This document shows positions 10,272-19,752 of a stretch of DNA of 55,087 nucleotides, one piece after another. Location: the NCBI GenBank assembly GCA_902576605.1, contig CACGVI010000005.1, positions 1 through 55,087 of the forward strand. Reading direction: 5' to 3'. The notes beneath the pieces were generated by a model. That model worked only from the letters and a program-made list of their open reading frames with translations. It made no database searches and was not told where the DNA came from. A program made the position numbers and the translations under genes. Source of the DNA: an uncultured Candidatus Actinomarina sp. (lineage in GTDB: Bacteria; Actinomycetota; Acidimicrobiia; Actinomarinales; Actinomarinaceae). Position 1 is the stretch's first letter; every line of letters begins with the position of its first letter.

Positions 10272-11636
10272 TTAATGTAACCCCCTACCACTTAAACTCA
10301 TTAATGATTCACCAATTGCTTCACTCAAAGTTGGATGTGCATGTATAAATTCTGATGCTTCATCTGGAAGCGCTTCCCAGCCAACCATATACATTAATTC
10401 ATGTATCATTTCACCAGCAGCGGGACCGCACACACTTGCTCCCACTATAGGACCATTTTCCTCTGAGTAAACTTTTACTAATCCCTGATTTTGATTTTGT
10501 ATCATAGCTCTCCCTATACCAGCGAAGCCGTGTTGCGATTGATTAATTTTCACTCCAAGTTCTTTTGCTTTATCGGAGTTTAAGCCTACCTCAGCAAGTT
10601 CTGGCCTGGTGTATACAACATAAGGTATTGCATTGTAATTTACTGGATTGTTTTCACCTGTTGCAATATGAGTTACTGAACTTACTGCTTCAGCAAAAGC
10701 TACATGAGCTAATTGAGGAGTGTCCTCAACAATATCCCCTAAAGCATAAATATTTTCTATCTCTGTTTGTAAAGTGTCTAAGTTAGTTTTTATAAAGCCT
10801 TTATTAACATTTATACCTATTTCCTCAAGTCCAATATTTTGAGTTAAAGGTTCTCTTCCTACAGCAACTAATACACAATCAAAGCTATCACTCTCACCAT
10901 CGGAAAAGTTAACTTTATTATCATTAATAGAATCAACAGACGTACCTAATTTGAAAATAACCCCTCTTTTTGAGAGTTGCTTTCTTAATTCACCGGAAGT
11001 TCTTTTGTCTAAGCCAGGTAAAATTTCATTAGCCAACTCAACGACTACAACATCTGAATCCAAATCGTTTAAGAGACTTGCAAATTCACAACCAATGGCT
11101 CCCGCTCCGATCACACAAACTCTTTTTGGGGGTGTCTCCCAATTCAATGCTGTGTCAGATGTTATTACAAATTCATTATCAATTTCAATACTTGGGAGTG
11201 ATCTTGGTTTTGAACCAGTTGCAAGAAGTATAAAATCTGATTCAATTATTATTTGTTCACCATCTGCTTTTTTGACTAGGACATTATTTTTGTCTTTAAT
11301 CGAACCCCAGCCTTCAATTACATTTACTTTTTTGGATTTAAGCAACATACTGATTCCGCCAACAAGCTTGTTAACAATTTCATATCTTTTTTCAGCTGTT
11401 TTAGCCCAGTTAATAGTTTTTTTATCTATATCTATCCCAAACTCACTTGATGTCTCGATTTCATGATTTAATTCTGCAACATGTAGCCAGTATTTTGCTG
11501 GTATACAGCCCCTATTTAAACAAGTTCCACCGAGAGTATCAGATTCGATTAGGGTGGTTTCTAAATCAAAATTACTTGCGTAAAGTGCAGCAGCATAACC
11601 TGCTGGTCCTCCACCAATGATGGTTAATTTTTTCAA
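10272..11636 (-). CDS. lpdA: Dihydrolipoamide dehydrogenase (E3)
   Basis: GGGPAGY, GGTCLNRGCIP redox disulfide, GAGAIG, HAHPTLSE; TTG start with AAAGAGG SD. Confidence 0.95.
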   Translation of the reverse strand: MKKLTIIGGGPAGYAAALYASNFDLETTLIESDTLGGTCLNRGCIPAKYWLHVAELNHEIETSSEFGIDIDKKTINWAKTAEKRYEIVNKLVGGISMLLKSKKVNVIEGWGSIKDKNNVLVKKADGEQIIIESDFILLATGSKPRSLPSIEIDNEFVITSDTALNWETPPKRVCVIGAGAIGCEFASLLNDLDSDVVVVELANEILPGLDKRTSGELRKQLSKRGVIFKLGTSVDSINDNKVNFSDGESDSFDCVLVAVGREPLTQNIGLEEIGINVNKGFIKTNLDTLQTEIENIYALGDIVEDTPQLAHVAFAEAVSSVTHIATGENNPVNYNAIPYVVYTRPELAEVGLNSDKAKELGVKINQSQHGFAGIGRAMIQNQNQGLVKVYSEENGPIVGASVCGPAAGEMIHELMYMVGWEALPDEASEFIHAHPTLSEAIGESLMSLSGRGLH

Positions 11637-11678
11637 ATTACCTCTTTCTGGACAGGGTCTCTATCCAATCGAGATAAT
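11637..11678 (-). promoter_or_regulatory. SD-sequestering RNA hairpin in the lpdA leader
   Basis: Minus strand ATTATCTC-gat-TGGATAG-agacc-CTGTCCA-gaaa-GAGGTAAT: 8-bp and 7-bp helices (one G-U each) that enclose the GAGG SD. Confidence 0.55.
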
Positions 11679-11705
11679 AACTACACTTTTACGAGGGGTT
11701 CCCAA
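11661..11705 (-). CDS. Candidate leaderless leader peptide MGTPRKSVVIISIG upstream of lpdA
   Basis: TTG..TAG 14-aa ORF 5 nt after a TATCAT -10 hexamer (11711-11716); Val-Val-Ile-Ile-Ser-Ile run; its Ile codons can pair with the lpdA SD. Confidence 0.45.
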   Translation of the reverse strand: MGTPRKSVVIISIG

Positions 11706-11747
11706 GAAAAATGATAATAGTTATCGTCACATTTAAATCTACTAAAG

Positions 11748-11764
11748 TTTGAACGAAGTTCAAA
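11748..11764. promoter_or_regulatory. Palindromic operator-like site TTTGAAC-GAA-GTTCAAA
   Basis: Perfect 7-bp inverted repeat with a 3-nt spacer in the divergent lpdA / 11800 promoter region. Confidence 0.45.
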
Positions 11765-11799
11765 ATTAGGATTGTTTTATATTTAAGTAGAATGTAACT

Positions 11800-11886
11800 A
11801 TGCAGACAAGACATTTAATAATTGCATCTCTTTTGACAGGTTTATTAATACTTGCAGCCTTTGGTGCTTGGCTATTAACTTTTTAG
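11800..11886 (+). CDS. Small single-TM protein MQTRHLIIASLLTGLLILAAFGAWLLTF (not in ORF track)
   Basis: 28-aa ORF; TAGAAT -10 (11788-11793) lies 6 nt before the ATG; one hydrophobic helix; stop 2 nt before an in-frame TTG of the next gene. Confidence 0.6.
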   Translation: MQTRHLIIASLLTGLLILAAFGAWLLTF

Positions 11887-11888
11887 AA

Positions 11889-12857
11889 TTGAAAAACTTT
11901 AATCTACAACAAGGCATCATACATATACCAATGGAACTTCCGTGGAACTCTCCTGGATTTGTAAATGTTTATTTCATTGAGGACAATGACGGATATGTAA
12001 TGATTGATTGTGGAGTAAACGGAATCGAATATCAAGAATTATTAGAAACCAAAATGGATTTAATTGGTTTGTCATACGAAAATGTAAAGTTATTAATTGG
12101 CACTCATATGCACTCTGATCATATAGGACTATCTACAACATTAAGAAAGAAAGGGATACCTTTCGCACTCTATAAAAATTCTGTTGATTTTATAGACGGT
12201 TATAACGATTGGTCAATTAGATTTAAAAAACTTAGAGAATTTGCTAAAAAAGAAGGAGCTCCAAAAAGTTTCTTGAATGACCTCGATCAAATAGAAACTC
12301 CAATATATGCGGGTAAAATTTCAAAACCAGATGTTTTGCTTGATGAAGGAAATATAAAAAATATTAAAAGAAATATTGAAATTATATTTACCCCTGGACA
12401 TGATAGAACAGAAATCTCTATCCTTGATAATCCATCCAAAATATTATTTTCTGGTGATCATATCTTACCAAAAATTACCCCATTCATTCCCTTAGAGGAC
12501 GCTGATGATGACATGCTTGAAAAATATACATCTTCACTAAACAAGGTTTATAATCTTGAACAAAAGTTAATTGCTCCTGGTCATGGAAATTTAATTGAAA
12601 AACCATACTCTCGTATTGAGCAAATGCAACTTCATCACAAAAAAAGATCTGATAAAATCATTGACCTGATTGGTGACTCAAAATTTTCAGGCTGGGAGAT
12701 TGTAAATTTACTATTTCCAAGAAAACTTGATGAACTTAACCTAAGGCTTGCATTTCAAGAAACTTTGGCTCATTTAATATATTTGGAAAACAAGGGTTTG
12801 ATAACACATGTCGTAGATGCAAATAGAAATTACTGGGAGAAAGTTAGGCAGGTTTAA
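11889..12857 (+). CDS. MBL-fold metallo-hydrolase with C-terminal winged-helix domain
   Basis: THMHSDHIG, TPGH, FSGDH, PGHG motifs; ETLAHL.YL C-terminus. Start probably TTG 11889 (ORF track 11868). Confidence 0.88.
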   Translation: MKNFNLQQGIIHIPMELPWNSPGFVNVYFIEDNDGYVMIDCGVNGIEYQELLETKMDLIGLSYENVKLLIGTHMHSDHIGLSTTLRKKGIPFALYKNSVDFIDGYNDWSIRFKKLREFAKKEGAPKSFLNDLDQIETPIYAGKISKPDVLLDEGNIKNIKRNIEIIFTPGHDRTEISILDNPSKILFSGDHILPKITPFIPLEDADDDMLEKYTSSLNKVYNLEQKLIAPGHGNLIEKPYSRIEQMQLHHKKRSDKIIDLIGDSKFSGWEIVNLLFPRKLDELNLRLAFQETLAHLIYLENKGLITHVVDANRNYWEKVRQV

Positions 12858-13047
12858 AACCTCTATTTTTTGCTTCATCAATATTGTCTGGTGAAAATGA
12901 TTGAATAAGATTTAATTTAATGTAATCAACACTGTTGGTCAAAGCAGACAATTTTTCAAATTGTTCTACGTCGTCACAATCATAAAATTTCATATTTTTT
13001 CTAAATCCGACAAACCTAAAATTTTCGAATCTATCTAGCCTATTCAA
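12844..13047 (-). CDS. Small hypothetical protein
   Basis: 67-aa ORF, TTG start directly after the acyl-CoA dehydrogenase stop; ends FSPDNIDEAKNRGF, recalled as an Acidimicrobiia-type small protein (not verified). Confidence 0.65.
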   Translation of the reverse strand: MNRLDRFENFRFVGFRKNMKFYDCDDVEQFEKLSALTNSVDYIKLNLIQSFSPDNIDEAKNRGFKPA

Positions 13048-13048
13048 T

Positions 13049-14170
13049 TTAGAGGTTAAGTAATTCTGCTATTTTATCTCTTGCTAGTTTAGGAGTTCCC
13101 AGTAAGAGTGAGTCGGACTTAGCTTTTTTAAAATATAAATGCGCTGGATGTTCCCATGTAAAACCAATTCCGCCATGAACTTGAATATTGTCACCTGCAA
13201 TTTTATTAAAAACTTCGGAACAATATGATTTGGCAAGCATTGAGCTCATTTCAGTCTCTACGTCATCTAAATAATCAATCCTTACGGCGCTATAGGCTAC
13301 AGATTTTGCACTTTCCAGATGCATAAGCATATTGGCACATATATGTTGAATTGCTTGAAAAGATCCGATTGGCCTTCCAAATTGTATCCTTTCTTTTGCA
13401 TACTGCGTAGACATATCTAAACATGCCTGTGATGCACCAACTTGTTCCATTGCTAAATAGCCGAGTGCAATATTTTTAACTTTATTCCATGCAGACAACT
13501 CTGCGTCTAATTCAATTAGAACATCATCCGTACTTAATGTAACCTCTGACATTTCAACTTCACACATTGGTCGTGTTTGATCAAGAGAAGTAGTTTCTTT
13601 AATTATTACACCGTCAGAGTTGGTAGAGACTAATACAAACTTACAACCGTCTTCATGTTTTGCTAAAACTGCAATGTAATCTGAAACATCTCCAAACATA
13701 ACATATTTTTTATTTCCACTAAGAATATAGCCAGAATCAACAGTAGTTAGCTGTGTGTTTATTGTGTCTTTATTAATTTCATATTTATCACTTTCATAGA
13801 CTGCAAAAGTTCCTATTTTTTCACCACTTATAATTTCAGGTAAAAGCTCGTCTTTTTTTTCCTTTTTTGAATTCATTAATATTTGTTTGAAAACTACACC
13901 GGAGCTAAATATTGGAATTATTGGCATATAGTATCCAAGAACCTCAGAGAGAATAGCTGTATCAGTATTAGAAAAACCAAGTCCACCGTCTTCTTCAGGC
14001 ACATCTAAGGCTAACCAGCCTTGGTCGATGACTAAATCCCATACTTTTTTATCAATTCTGCAGTTTTCATCCACTTTCTGGATTGTCTCTAGAAGATCTA
14101 TATTTTCCTTTAAAAGTTTATTTGAGTTCTCTTTAATTTCATTTTGAAGATCGGTCAATGTAAATTGCAT
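13049..14170 (-). CDS. Acyl-CoA dehydrogenase family protein (FadE-like)
   Basis: VPEEDGGLG, LSGNKKYV, YAKERIQFGRPIGSFQAIQH, IQVHGGIGFTWEH motifs. Confidence 0.93.
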   Translation of the reverse strand: MQFTLTDLQNEIKENSNKLLKENIDLLETIQKVDENCRIDKKVWDLVIDQGWLALDVPEEDGGLGFSNTDTAILSEVLGYYMPIIPIFSSGVVFKQILMNSKKEKKDELLPEIISGEKIGTFAVYESDKYEINKDTINTQLTTVDSGYILSGNKKYVMFGDVSDYIAVLAKHEDGCKFVLVSTNSDGVIIKETTSLDQTRPMCEVEMSEVTLSTDDVLIELDAELSAWNKVKNIALGYLAMEQVGASQACLDMSTQYAKERIQFGRPIGSFQAIQHICANMLMHLESAKSVAYSAVRIDYLDDVETEMSSMLAKSYCSEVFNKIAGDNIQVHGGIGFTWEHPAHLYFKKAKSDSLLLGTPKLARDKIAELLNL

Positions 14171-14246
14171 TATCTAATTGTAATTTTTATTTTTTATTTC
14201 GCTAATCATATTTAACTTGTTTCAAATCGTAATTAACATAGATGTT

Positions 14247-14972
14247 ATGTTAGAAATTAAAAATTTACATGCAGAAGTTGAAGGTACTGAAATTTTAAAA
14301 GGTGTTGACTTAAAAATTAATCCTGGGGAAGTACACGCAATTATGGGGCCAAATGGTTCTGGTAAATCTACCTTAGCAAATGTAGTTATGGGAAATCCAG
14401 TTTATGAGGTTACGGAAGGATCAGTGATGTTTGAGGGTGAGGATATCACTGAAGAACCAGTAGACAACAGAGCAAAATTAGGTATGTTTCTCGCATTTCA
14501 ATATCCGGAATCAATTCCAGGAGTAACAATAGTAAATATGCTTAAAACAGCGCTAACAAATATTGAAGAAACTGAGTACACGACACTTGAACTTAGATTA
14601 AAAGTTGCCGAAGCAATGGAACAGCTAGGCCTGTCTGCAGATTTTGCTGATAGATATTTAAATGAAGGATTTTCTGGTGGAGAAAGAAAAAGAAATGAAA
14701 TTCTTCAACTTGCTGTACTCAATCCAAAGCTTGCAGTTTTAGACGAAACTGATTCTGGATTAGATGTAGATGGATTAAAAGTTGTTGGAGAGGGTGTAAG
14801 TAAATTAAAAACAGATGATAAGGGTTATTTAGTTGTAACCCATTACCAAAGACTTCTGGAATATATAAAACCTGACTTCGTCCATGTTTTTGTCGATGGG
14901 GCAATTGTTGAATCTGGTGGAGTCGAATTATCTGAAAAACTTGAAAAAGAAGGATATGAATCATACTTATGA
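14247..14972 (+). CDS. sufC: Fe-S cluster assembly ATPase SufC (copy 1)
   Basis: HAIMGPNGSGKST, FLAFQYP, NEGFSGGERKR, LDETDSGLD. Start MLEIK at 14247 (ORF track 14217). Confidence 0.95.
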   Translation: MLEIKNLHAEVEGTEILKGVDLKINPGEVHAIMGPNGSGKSTLANVVMGNPVYEVTEGSVMFEGEDITEEPVDNRAKLGMFLAFQYPESIPGVTIVNMLKTALTNIEETEYTTLELRLKVAEAMEQLGLSADFADRYLNEGFSGGERKRNEILQLAVLNPKLAVLDETDSGLDVDGLKVVGEGVSKLKTDDKGYLVVTHYQRLLEYIKPDFVHVFVDGAIVESGGVELSEKLEKEGYESYL

Positions 14973-16189
14973 TTAAAGTAAGCGATCTTAAAAAAGATTT
15001 TCCAATTTTTGATAGAGAAATTAATGGAAAAAGACTGACTTATTTAGATTCCGGTGCAACTTCTCAAAAACCAGAATTAGTTATTAATGAAATGTCAAAT
15101 GTATATTCAAATATTAATGCAAATGTTCATAGGGGTACTTATGTTCTCTCATCAGAAACTACAGCAAAATATGAAGATGTGAGAAACAAGCTTAAAGAAT
15201 TTATTAATGCTTACTCCTCCGATGAAATTATTTTTACAAAAGGTTGTACAGAGGGATTTAATTTTTTAGCAAATTCTATTTGCAAAGATTTAAATCCCGG
15301 AGATGAAATCATTCTTTCAGAAATTGAACATCATGCAAACATAATTCCATGGCAAATGGTTGCAGAAAAATACAATCTAAAAATCAAATATATTAATATA
15401 ACTGAGTCATTTAACCTAGATATCGATCATTTTGAAAGTCTCTTAAATTCAAATACTAAAGTAGTTTCTATAGTTGGAGAATCAAATATGTCTGGAATGC
15501 TCCCAGATATAAAAAAACTTAATTCACTAATTAGAGAAAAAACAAATGCAATATATATTGTTGATGGTGCTCAACTGGTCCCACACAGAAAAATTGATGT
15601 ACAAGATTTAGGAATTGATTTCATTTGTGTATCAGGACATAAAATGTTGGGACCTACTGGGATTGGCGTTGTTTGGGGCAGAAAAGAATTACTTGAGAAA
15701 TTAGATCCAGTTTATGGTGGTGGAGACATGATTGAAGAAGTTTTCTATGAAACTGCAACTTGGGCTCCCATTCCACATAAATTTGAAGCGGGCACTCCGC
15801 CGTATGTAGAAGCGATAGGCTTAGGAGCTGCAGTCGATTATTTGACTAAATTAGATATGAAAAATGTTGAAAAACATTCAGATGAGCTGCGACTATATGC
15901 AAAAAATAAATTAGAAAATATTGATCGCTTGAACATTGTTCATACAAACTCTAATTTAGCTGGCTGTACATTTGCAATGAGTGTGGAAGGAGTACATGCT
16001 ACTGATGTTTCTTTAATGCTAGACACATTTGGAGTCGCAGTGCGGGCAGGGCATCACTGTGTTCAACCATTCCACAGGAAATTAAACCTTGATGCCACTT
16101 TTAGAGCTACTGGCTATATTTATAATGATGAAGAAGATTTTGATATATTGTCTAACACAATTGAAGAAAGTATAAAATTATTAACTTAA
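14969..16189 (+). CDS. sufS: Cysteine desulfurase SufS
   Basis: YLDSGATSQKP, EHHANIIPW, DGAQ, SGHKMLGPTG, FEAGTP, RAGHHC. Confidence 0.95.
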   Translation: MIKVSDLKKDFPIFDREINGKRLTYLDSGATSQKPELVINEMSNVYSNINANVHRGTYVLSSETTAKYEDVRNKLKEFINAYSSDEIIFTKGCTEGFNFLANSICKDLNPGDEIILSEIEHHANIIPWQMVAEKYNLKIKYINITESFNLDIDHFESLLNSNTKVVSIVGESNMSGMLPDIKKLNSLIREKTNAIYIVDGAQLVPHRKIDVQDLGIDFICVSGHKMLGPTGIGVVWGRKELLEKLDPVYGGGDMIEEVFYETATWAPIPHKFEAGTPPYVEAIGLGAAVDYLTKLDMKNVEKHSDELRLYAKNKLENIDRLNIVHTNSNLAGCTFAMSVEGVHATDVSLMLDTFGVAVRAGHHCVQPFHRKLNLDATFRATGYIYNDEEDFDILSNTIEESIKLLT

Positions 16190-16190
16190 A

Positions 16191-16604
16191 ATGAGTATTC
16201 AAGAAAAAGTTGAAGGGTATAAAAAAACTCTTGCATTATTTCCAAACCCACAAGAAAAATATCAGTATTTAATTGAACAAGCTAAGAAAAGTGAAGACTT
16301 TCCAACTGAATTAAGAATTGATGAATTTAAAGTAAATGGTTGCCAGAGTCAAGTCTGGTTAGTTCCAGAAGAAAAAGATAATAAATTGTATTTTAAAAGT
16401 GACTCAGATGCATTGATAGCTAAAGGACTCGTAACCTTAATTGCATCTATCTACTCAGACGAAGCACCCAAAGATATTCTGAACTCAGAGATTGATCTGA
16501 TGGAAGAATTTGAATTAGGTGTAATTTTGAGCCCTGCAAGAAGAAATGGTGCTTTCAGTATGTTAAAAACTATTAAGGAATTTTCACAAAAATTAGCTGA
16601 TTGA
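16191..16604 (+). CDS. sufE: Sulfur acceptor SufE
   Basis: KVNGCQSQVWL, SDSDALIAKGL, LSPARRNG motifs. Confidence 0.92.
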   Translation: MSIQEKVEGYKKTLALFPNPQEKYQYLIEQAKKSEDFPTELRIDEFKVNGCQSQVWLVPEEKDNKLYFKSDSDALIAKGLVTLIASIYSDEAPKDILNSEIDLMEEFELGVILSPARRNGAFSMLKTIKEFSQKLAD

Positions 16605-17054
16605 ACCTTCCCACCAATTTTCATGTGGAAAATAAATCCAAACTTGTTCAGTATCTTTTGCTAAATCTTGTGTGTAATAATGTGGCTCAAAATCACACTC
16701 GTTATTCCACCACAATGCAGAAAAGCGAACATCACACTCATGATTTATATTTTCTTTAATATAGTTTGATAATCGCTCAAACGTTTCACCGCTATCACAT
16801 ATATCATCTACAATTAAAACTTTTGAATCATTAGATTTTGGAAGATAATTTTCCCAATGTGGAAAATCTCTGGTTGAAGCATGCACTGGTTTAAAAGGAA
16901 TACTTAATTTGTGAGATATCATAACTCCTGGAATCAATCCGCCTCTACTAATGCCAACGATTACATCGGGTTTAAATCCATCTGCTTCAATTTTTTCACA
17001 AATTAAATTTGTATCTTCAATTTGTTGTTCCCACGTATAAATTAATTTTTCCAT
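16593..17054 (-). CDS. Type I phosphoribosyltransferase (purine salvage-like)
   Basis: IVGISRGGLIPG, VLIVDDICDSGET PRPP motif, WIYFPHE; divergent from the nucleoside transporter. Start MEKL at 17054 (ORF track 17078). Confidence 0.85.
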   Translation of the reverse strand: MEKLIYTWEQQIEDTNLICEKIEADGFKPDVIVGISRGGLIPGVMISHKLSIPFKPVHASTRDFPHWENYLPKSNDSKVLIVDDICDSGETFERLSNYIKENINHECDVRFSALWWNNECDFEPHYYTQDLAKDTEQVWIYFPHENWWEGSIS

Positions 17055-17180
17055 TTTCGTAAGTGCTAATTTTATCAAAGAATAAAAAGTGCAGAGAAGA
17101 TATTTAATTATTTTTTAACTTCAAAATAAAAGACGTAGCTTGAGTATGTTCTATACTAATCGTATGAAAAGGAGGTAAGG

Positions 17181-18209
17181 ATGCGTAGAAGTTGGGCGGT
17201 AGGCCTAATTATTATCAGTATTCTTGCTATGGCCTGCGGGGGAGCCGCAGACGTAGATGATTACAAAGCAGCCTTTGTGTATCTTGGATCCGCAAACGAC
17301 GGAGGATGGACACAGGCACATGACGAAGGTCGTCAATATTTAGTTGAGCAAACCGGGATTGAAACAGCTTTCACTGAGGATATTCCACCTGATGCAACTG
17401 AATTCAGAACAGTAGCTGAAGCTTATATTGAACAAGGTTACAATATAATTTTTGGAACTACTTTCGGATACCTAGACATAATGGAAGAGATGGCACTTGA
17501 ATATCCAGATGTTATCTTCTTACATTGCTCTGGATATAAATCAAATGATTCTAACTATACAAACTATTTTGGAAAAATTTATGAAGCAAGGTATTTGTCT
17601 GGATTAGCAGCTGGATCACTTACAGAGTCAAATAAAATTGGCTATGTTGCAGCATTTCCAATACCAGAAGTTATAAGAGGTATTAATGCTTTTGCAAACG
17701 GTGTCAAAGAAGTGAACCCAAATGCTACTGTTGAAGTAGTTTGGACAAACACTTGGTTCGGACCTGAAGAGGAAACTCAAGCAGCAAATGCACTTCTAGA
17801 AGCAGGTGCTGATGTATTAACTCAACATCAAGATTCAGCTTCTACCGGCATTGCCGCTGAAGCAGCTGGGGCAAAATGGATTGGTTACCATACTGGTTAT
17901 GGAAAAGATGCCGCTCCAAGTGCTTTCGTCACTGCACCAGTCTGGAACTGGGGACCGTTATACACTGATATGGTTAATGCAGTTATAAATGACGAATTTA
18001 CTACAACACCATATTGGACAGGAATGTCTGGTAATGTTGTAGATTTGTTTGAGGTATCTGATGATGTGTCCAGTGATGTTAAAGCATTGATTGAACAAAG
18101 AAAACAAGAAATTATCGACGGAACTTTTGTGATATTTGAAGGTTCAAGTGATGGTGACTTATTAGGTATGAGTTACTTTGTTGACAATGTTGTAGGTACA
18201 TTAGACTAA
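17181..18209 (+). CDS. BMP-family nucleoside ABC transporter substrate-binding lipoprotein
   Basis: Lipobox-like LAMAC; DGGWTQAHDEG, YEARYLSG, FPIPEVIRGINAF, QHQDS; AAGGAGG SD; TATACT -10 at 17152-17157. Confidence 0.92.
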   Translation: MRRSWAVGLIIISILAMACGGAADVDDYKAAFVYLGSANDGGWTQAHDEGRQYLVEQTGIETAFTEDIPPDATEFRTVAEAYIEQGYNIIFGTTFGYLDIMEEMALEYPDVIFLHCSGYKSNDSNYTNYFGKIYEARYLSGLAAGSLTESNKIGYVAAFPIPEVIRGINAFANGVKEVNPNATVEVVWTNTWFGPEEETQAANALLEAGADVLTQHQDSASTGIAAEAAGAKWIGYHTGYGKDAAPSAFVTAPVWNWGPLYTDMVNAVINDEFTTTPYWTGMSGNVVDLFEVSDDVSSDVKALIEQRKQEIIDGTFVIFEGSSDGDLLGMSYFVDNVVGTLD

Positions 18210-18217
18210 ATGTTTTT

Positions 18218-18255
18218 ATTACAGCACCTCTTCTTGAGGTGCTGTAATTTTTTTT
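18218..18255 (+). terminator. Intra-operon rho-independent terminator-like hairpin
   Basis: ATTACAGCACCTC-ttctt-GAGGTGCTGTAAT (13-bp stem) followed by a T-run ending at 18255. Confidence 0.8.
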
Positions 18256-19752
18256 ATGAATAATAAAATTTTAGAAACTAAAAATATTACAAAAAGTTTT
18301 GGAACATTAAAAGCTCTTGATAATGTAAGTTTTAATCTTTATGAGGGCAAAATTCACGGATTATTAGGTGAAAATGGAGCTGGTAAATCATCACTTATGA
18401 ATGTTCTCTCAGGACTTTATCATCCTGAAAAGGGATCCATATATATTAAAAATCAAAAATATAAAATTTCAAATCCAGACTTTGCTTCGAAACTTGGGAT
18501 TGGAATGGTTCATCAGGAATTTAGGCTGGTTGAAAGTTTTAGTATTAAAGATAATTTAACTCTTTCAAGATCAAATATTTACATAGACAACTTCAAGACT
18601 GCATATAAAAAATATTCTGAAATATTTGCATTAAATGTAAGAGAAGATGAAGCAGTTTCTAACTTATCTGTTGGGGAGAAACAAAAAATTGAAATTATGA
18701 AACTTATTTTTAACAACAGCAATATCATGCTTTTGGATGAACCAACAGCAGTGCTTACGCCTCAAGAAACTCTTCAGCTTAAAAATTCTCTCGTAACACT
18801 TGCAAAAGAAGATATGAAAACAATAGTTTTAATTACACATAAATTAAAAGAAATACGTGAATTTACAGAAATTGTTTCAGTTTTAAGAAATGGAAAAATG
18901 GTTTCAAATGATTTACTAACTCAAGAGGTTAGTAATAACCAACTAATTAATCTAATGATGGGCAAAGTTAAAAAATCTCAAATAAATAAAAACAATGAAA
19001 TTGGAGATATTAAATTAGAAGTCAAAAGTGTTACTTCCAAAGATCCGGTAAATAATATCAAAAAGCTAGACGATATTAACTTTCAAATAAGAAGTGGTGA
19101 AATTTTAGGACTAGCAGGAGTATCTGGAAATGGACAAGTGGAGTTAGCAAATCTAATTGCGGGCATTGAAAAAAATTTTGAAGGAAAAATAATTATAAAT
19201 AACAACGATGTTTCGAACAAAGGAGTTAAATCTAGAAAAAAACTAAATTTATCTTATATTCCTGAAAACAGGCTTGGAGTCGGTCTAGCTCCTGGAGTTT
19301 CAGTGTTAGATAATTCAATAGTTAAAGATTATTTTCAGACAAAACTTGGACCACACTTGTCTAAAAATAGAACTGTAAAATATTTAGAAAATTTAATAAA
19401 TCAATTTTCAATCAAAGCGCCAAATCCAAAAGCTGAAATTTCTACTTTGTCTGGAGGCAATATGCAGAAATTATTGATGGGTAGAGAGCTAATTGGAAAC
19501 CCTGATGTAATTATTGCGTCACAACCAACTAGAGGCCTCGATGTAAATGCTGTTGAAGCAATTCATAATCTTTTAATAACTCAAAGAAATAAAGGTTCAG
19601 CAATTTTTCTAATTTCAGAGGATCTTGATGAACTTTTTAAATTAAGTCATAAACTACTTGTGATTTATGAGGGTAAAGTAATTAAATCTTTTTCCACATC
19701 TGAATCAGATATTGAAAGTATTGGCTTAGCAATGGCAGGTATTGGTGAATAA
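18256..19752 (+). CDS. Nucleoside/sugar ABC transporter ATP-binding protein (two ABC domains)
   Basis: GENGAGKS, LSVGEKQ, LLDEPT, LSGGNMQK, QPTRGLD. Confidence 0.93.
   Translation: MNNKILETKNITKSFGTLKALDNVSFNLYEGKIHGLLGENGAGKSSLMNVLSGLYHPEKGSIYIKNQKYKISNPDFASKLGIGMVHQEFRLVESFSIKDNLTLSRSNIYIDNFKTAYKKYSEIFALNVREDEAVSNLSVGEKQKIEIMKLIFNNSNIMLLDEPTAVLTPQETLQLKNSLVTLAKEDMKTIVLITHKLKEIREFTEIVSVLRNGKMVSNDLLTQEVSNNQLINLMMGKVKKSQINKNNEIGDIKLEVKSVTSKDPVNNIKKLDDINFQIRSGEILGLAGVSGNGQVELANLIAGIEKNFEGKIIINNNDVSNKGVKSRKKLNLSYIPENRLGVGLAPGVSVLDNSIVKDYFQTKLGPHLSKNRTVKYLENLINQFSIKAPNPKAEISTLSGGNMQKLLMGRELIGNPDVIIASQPTRGLDVNAVEAIHNLLITQRNKGSAIFLISEDLDELFKLSHKLLVIYEGKVIKSFSTSESDIESIGLAMAGIGE

Noticed and set aside
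11637-11730. TPP or other known riboswitch before the dehydrogenase operon
   Set aside because: No CUGAGA or other recognisable aptamer core; region is short.
11748-11764. LexA (SOS) box
   Set aside because: The Gram-positive box is GAAC-N4-GTTC; here the spacer is 3 nt.
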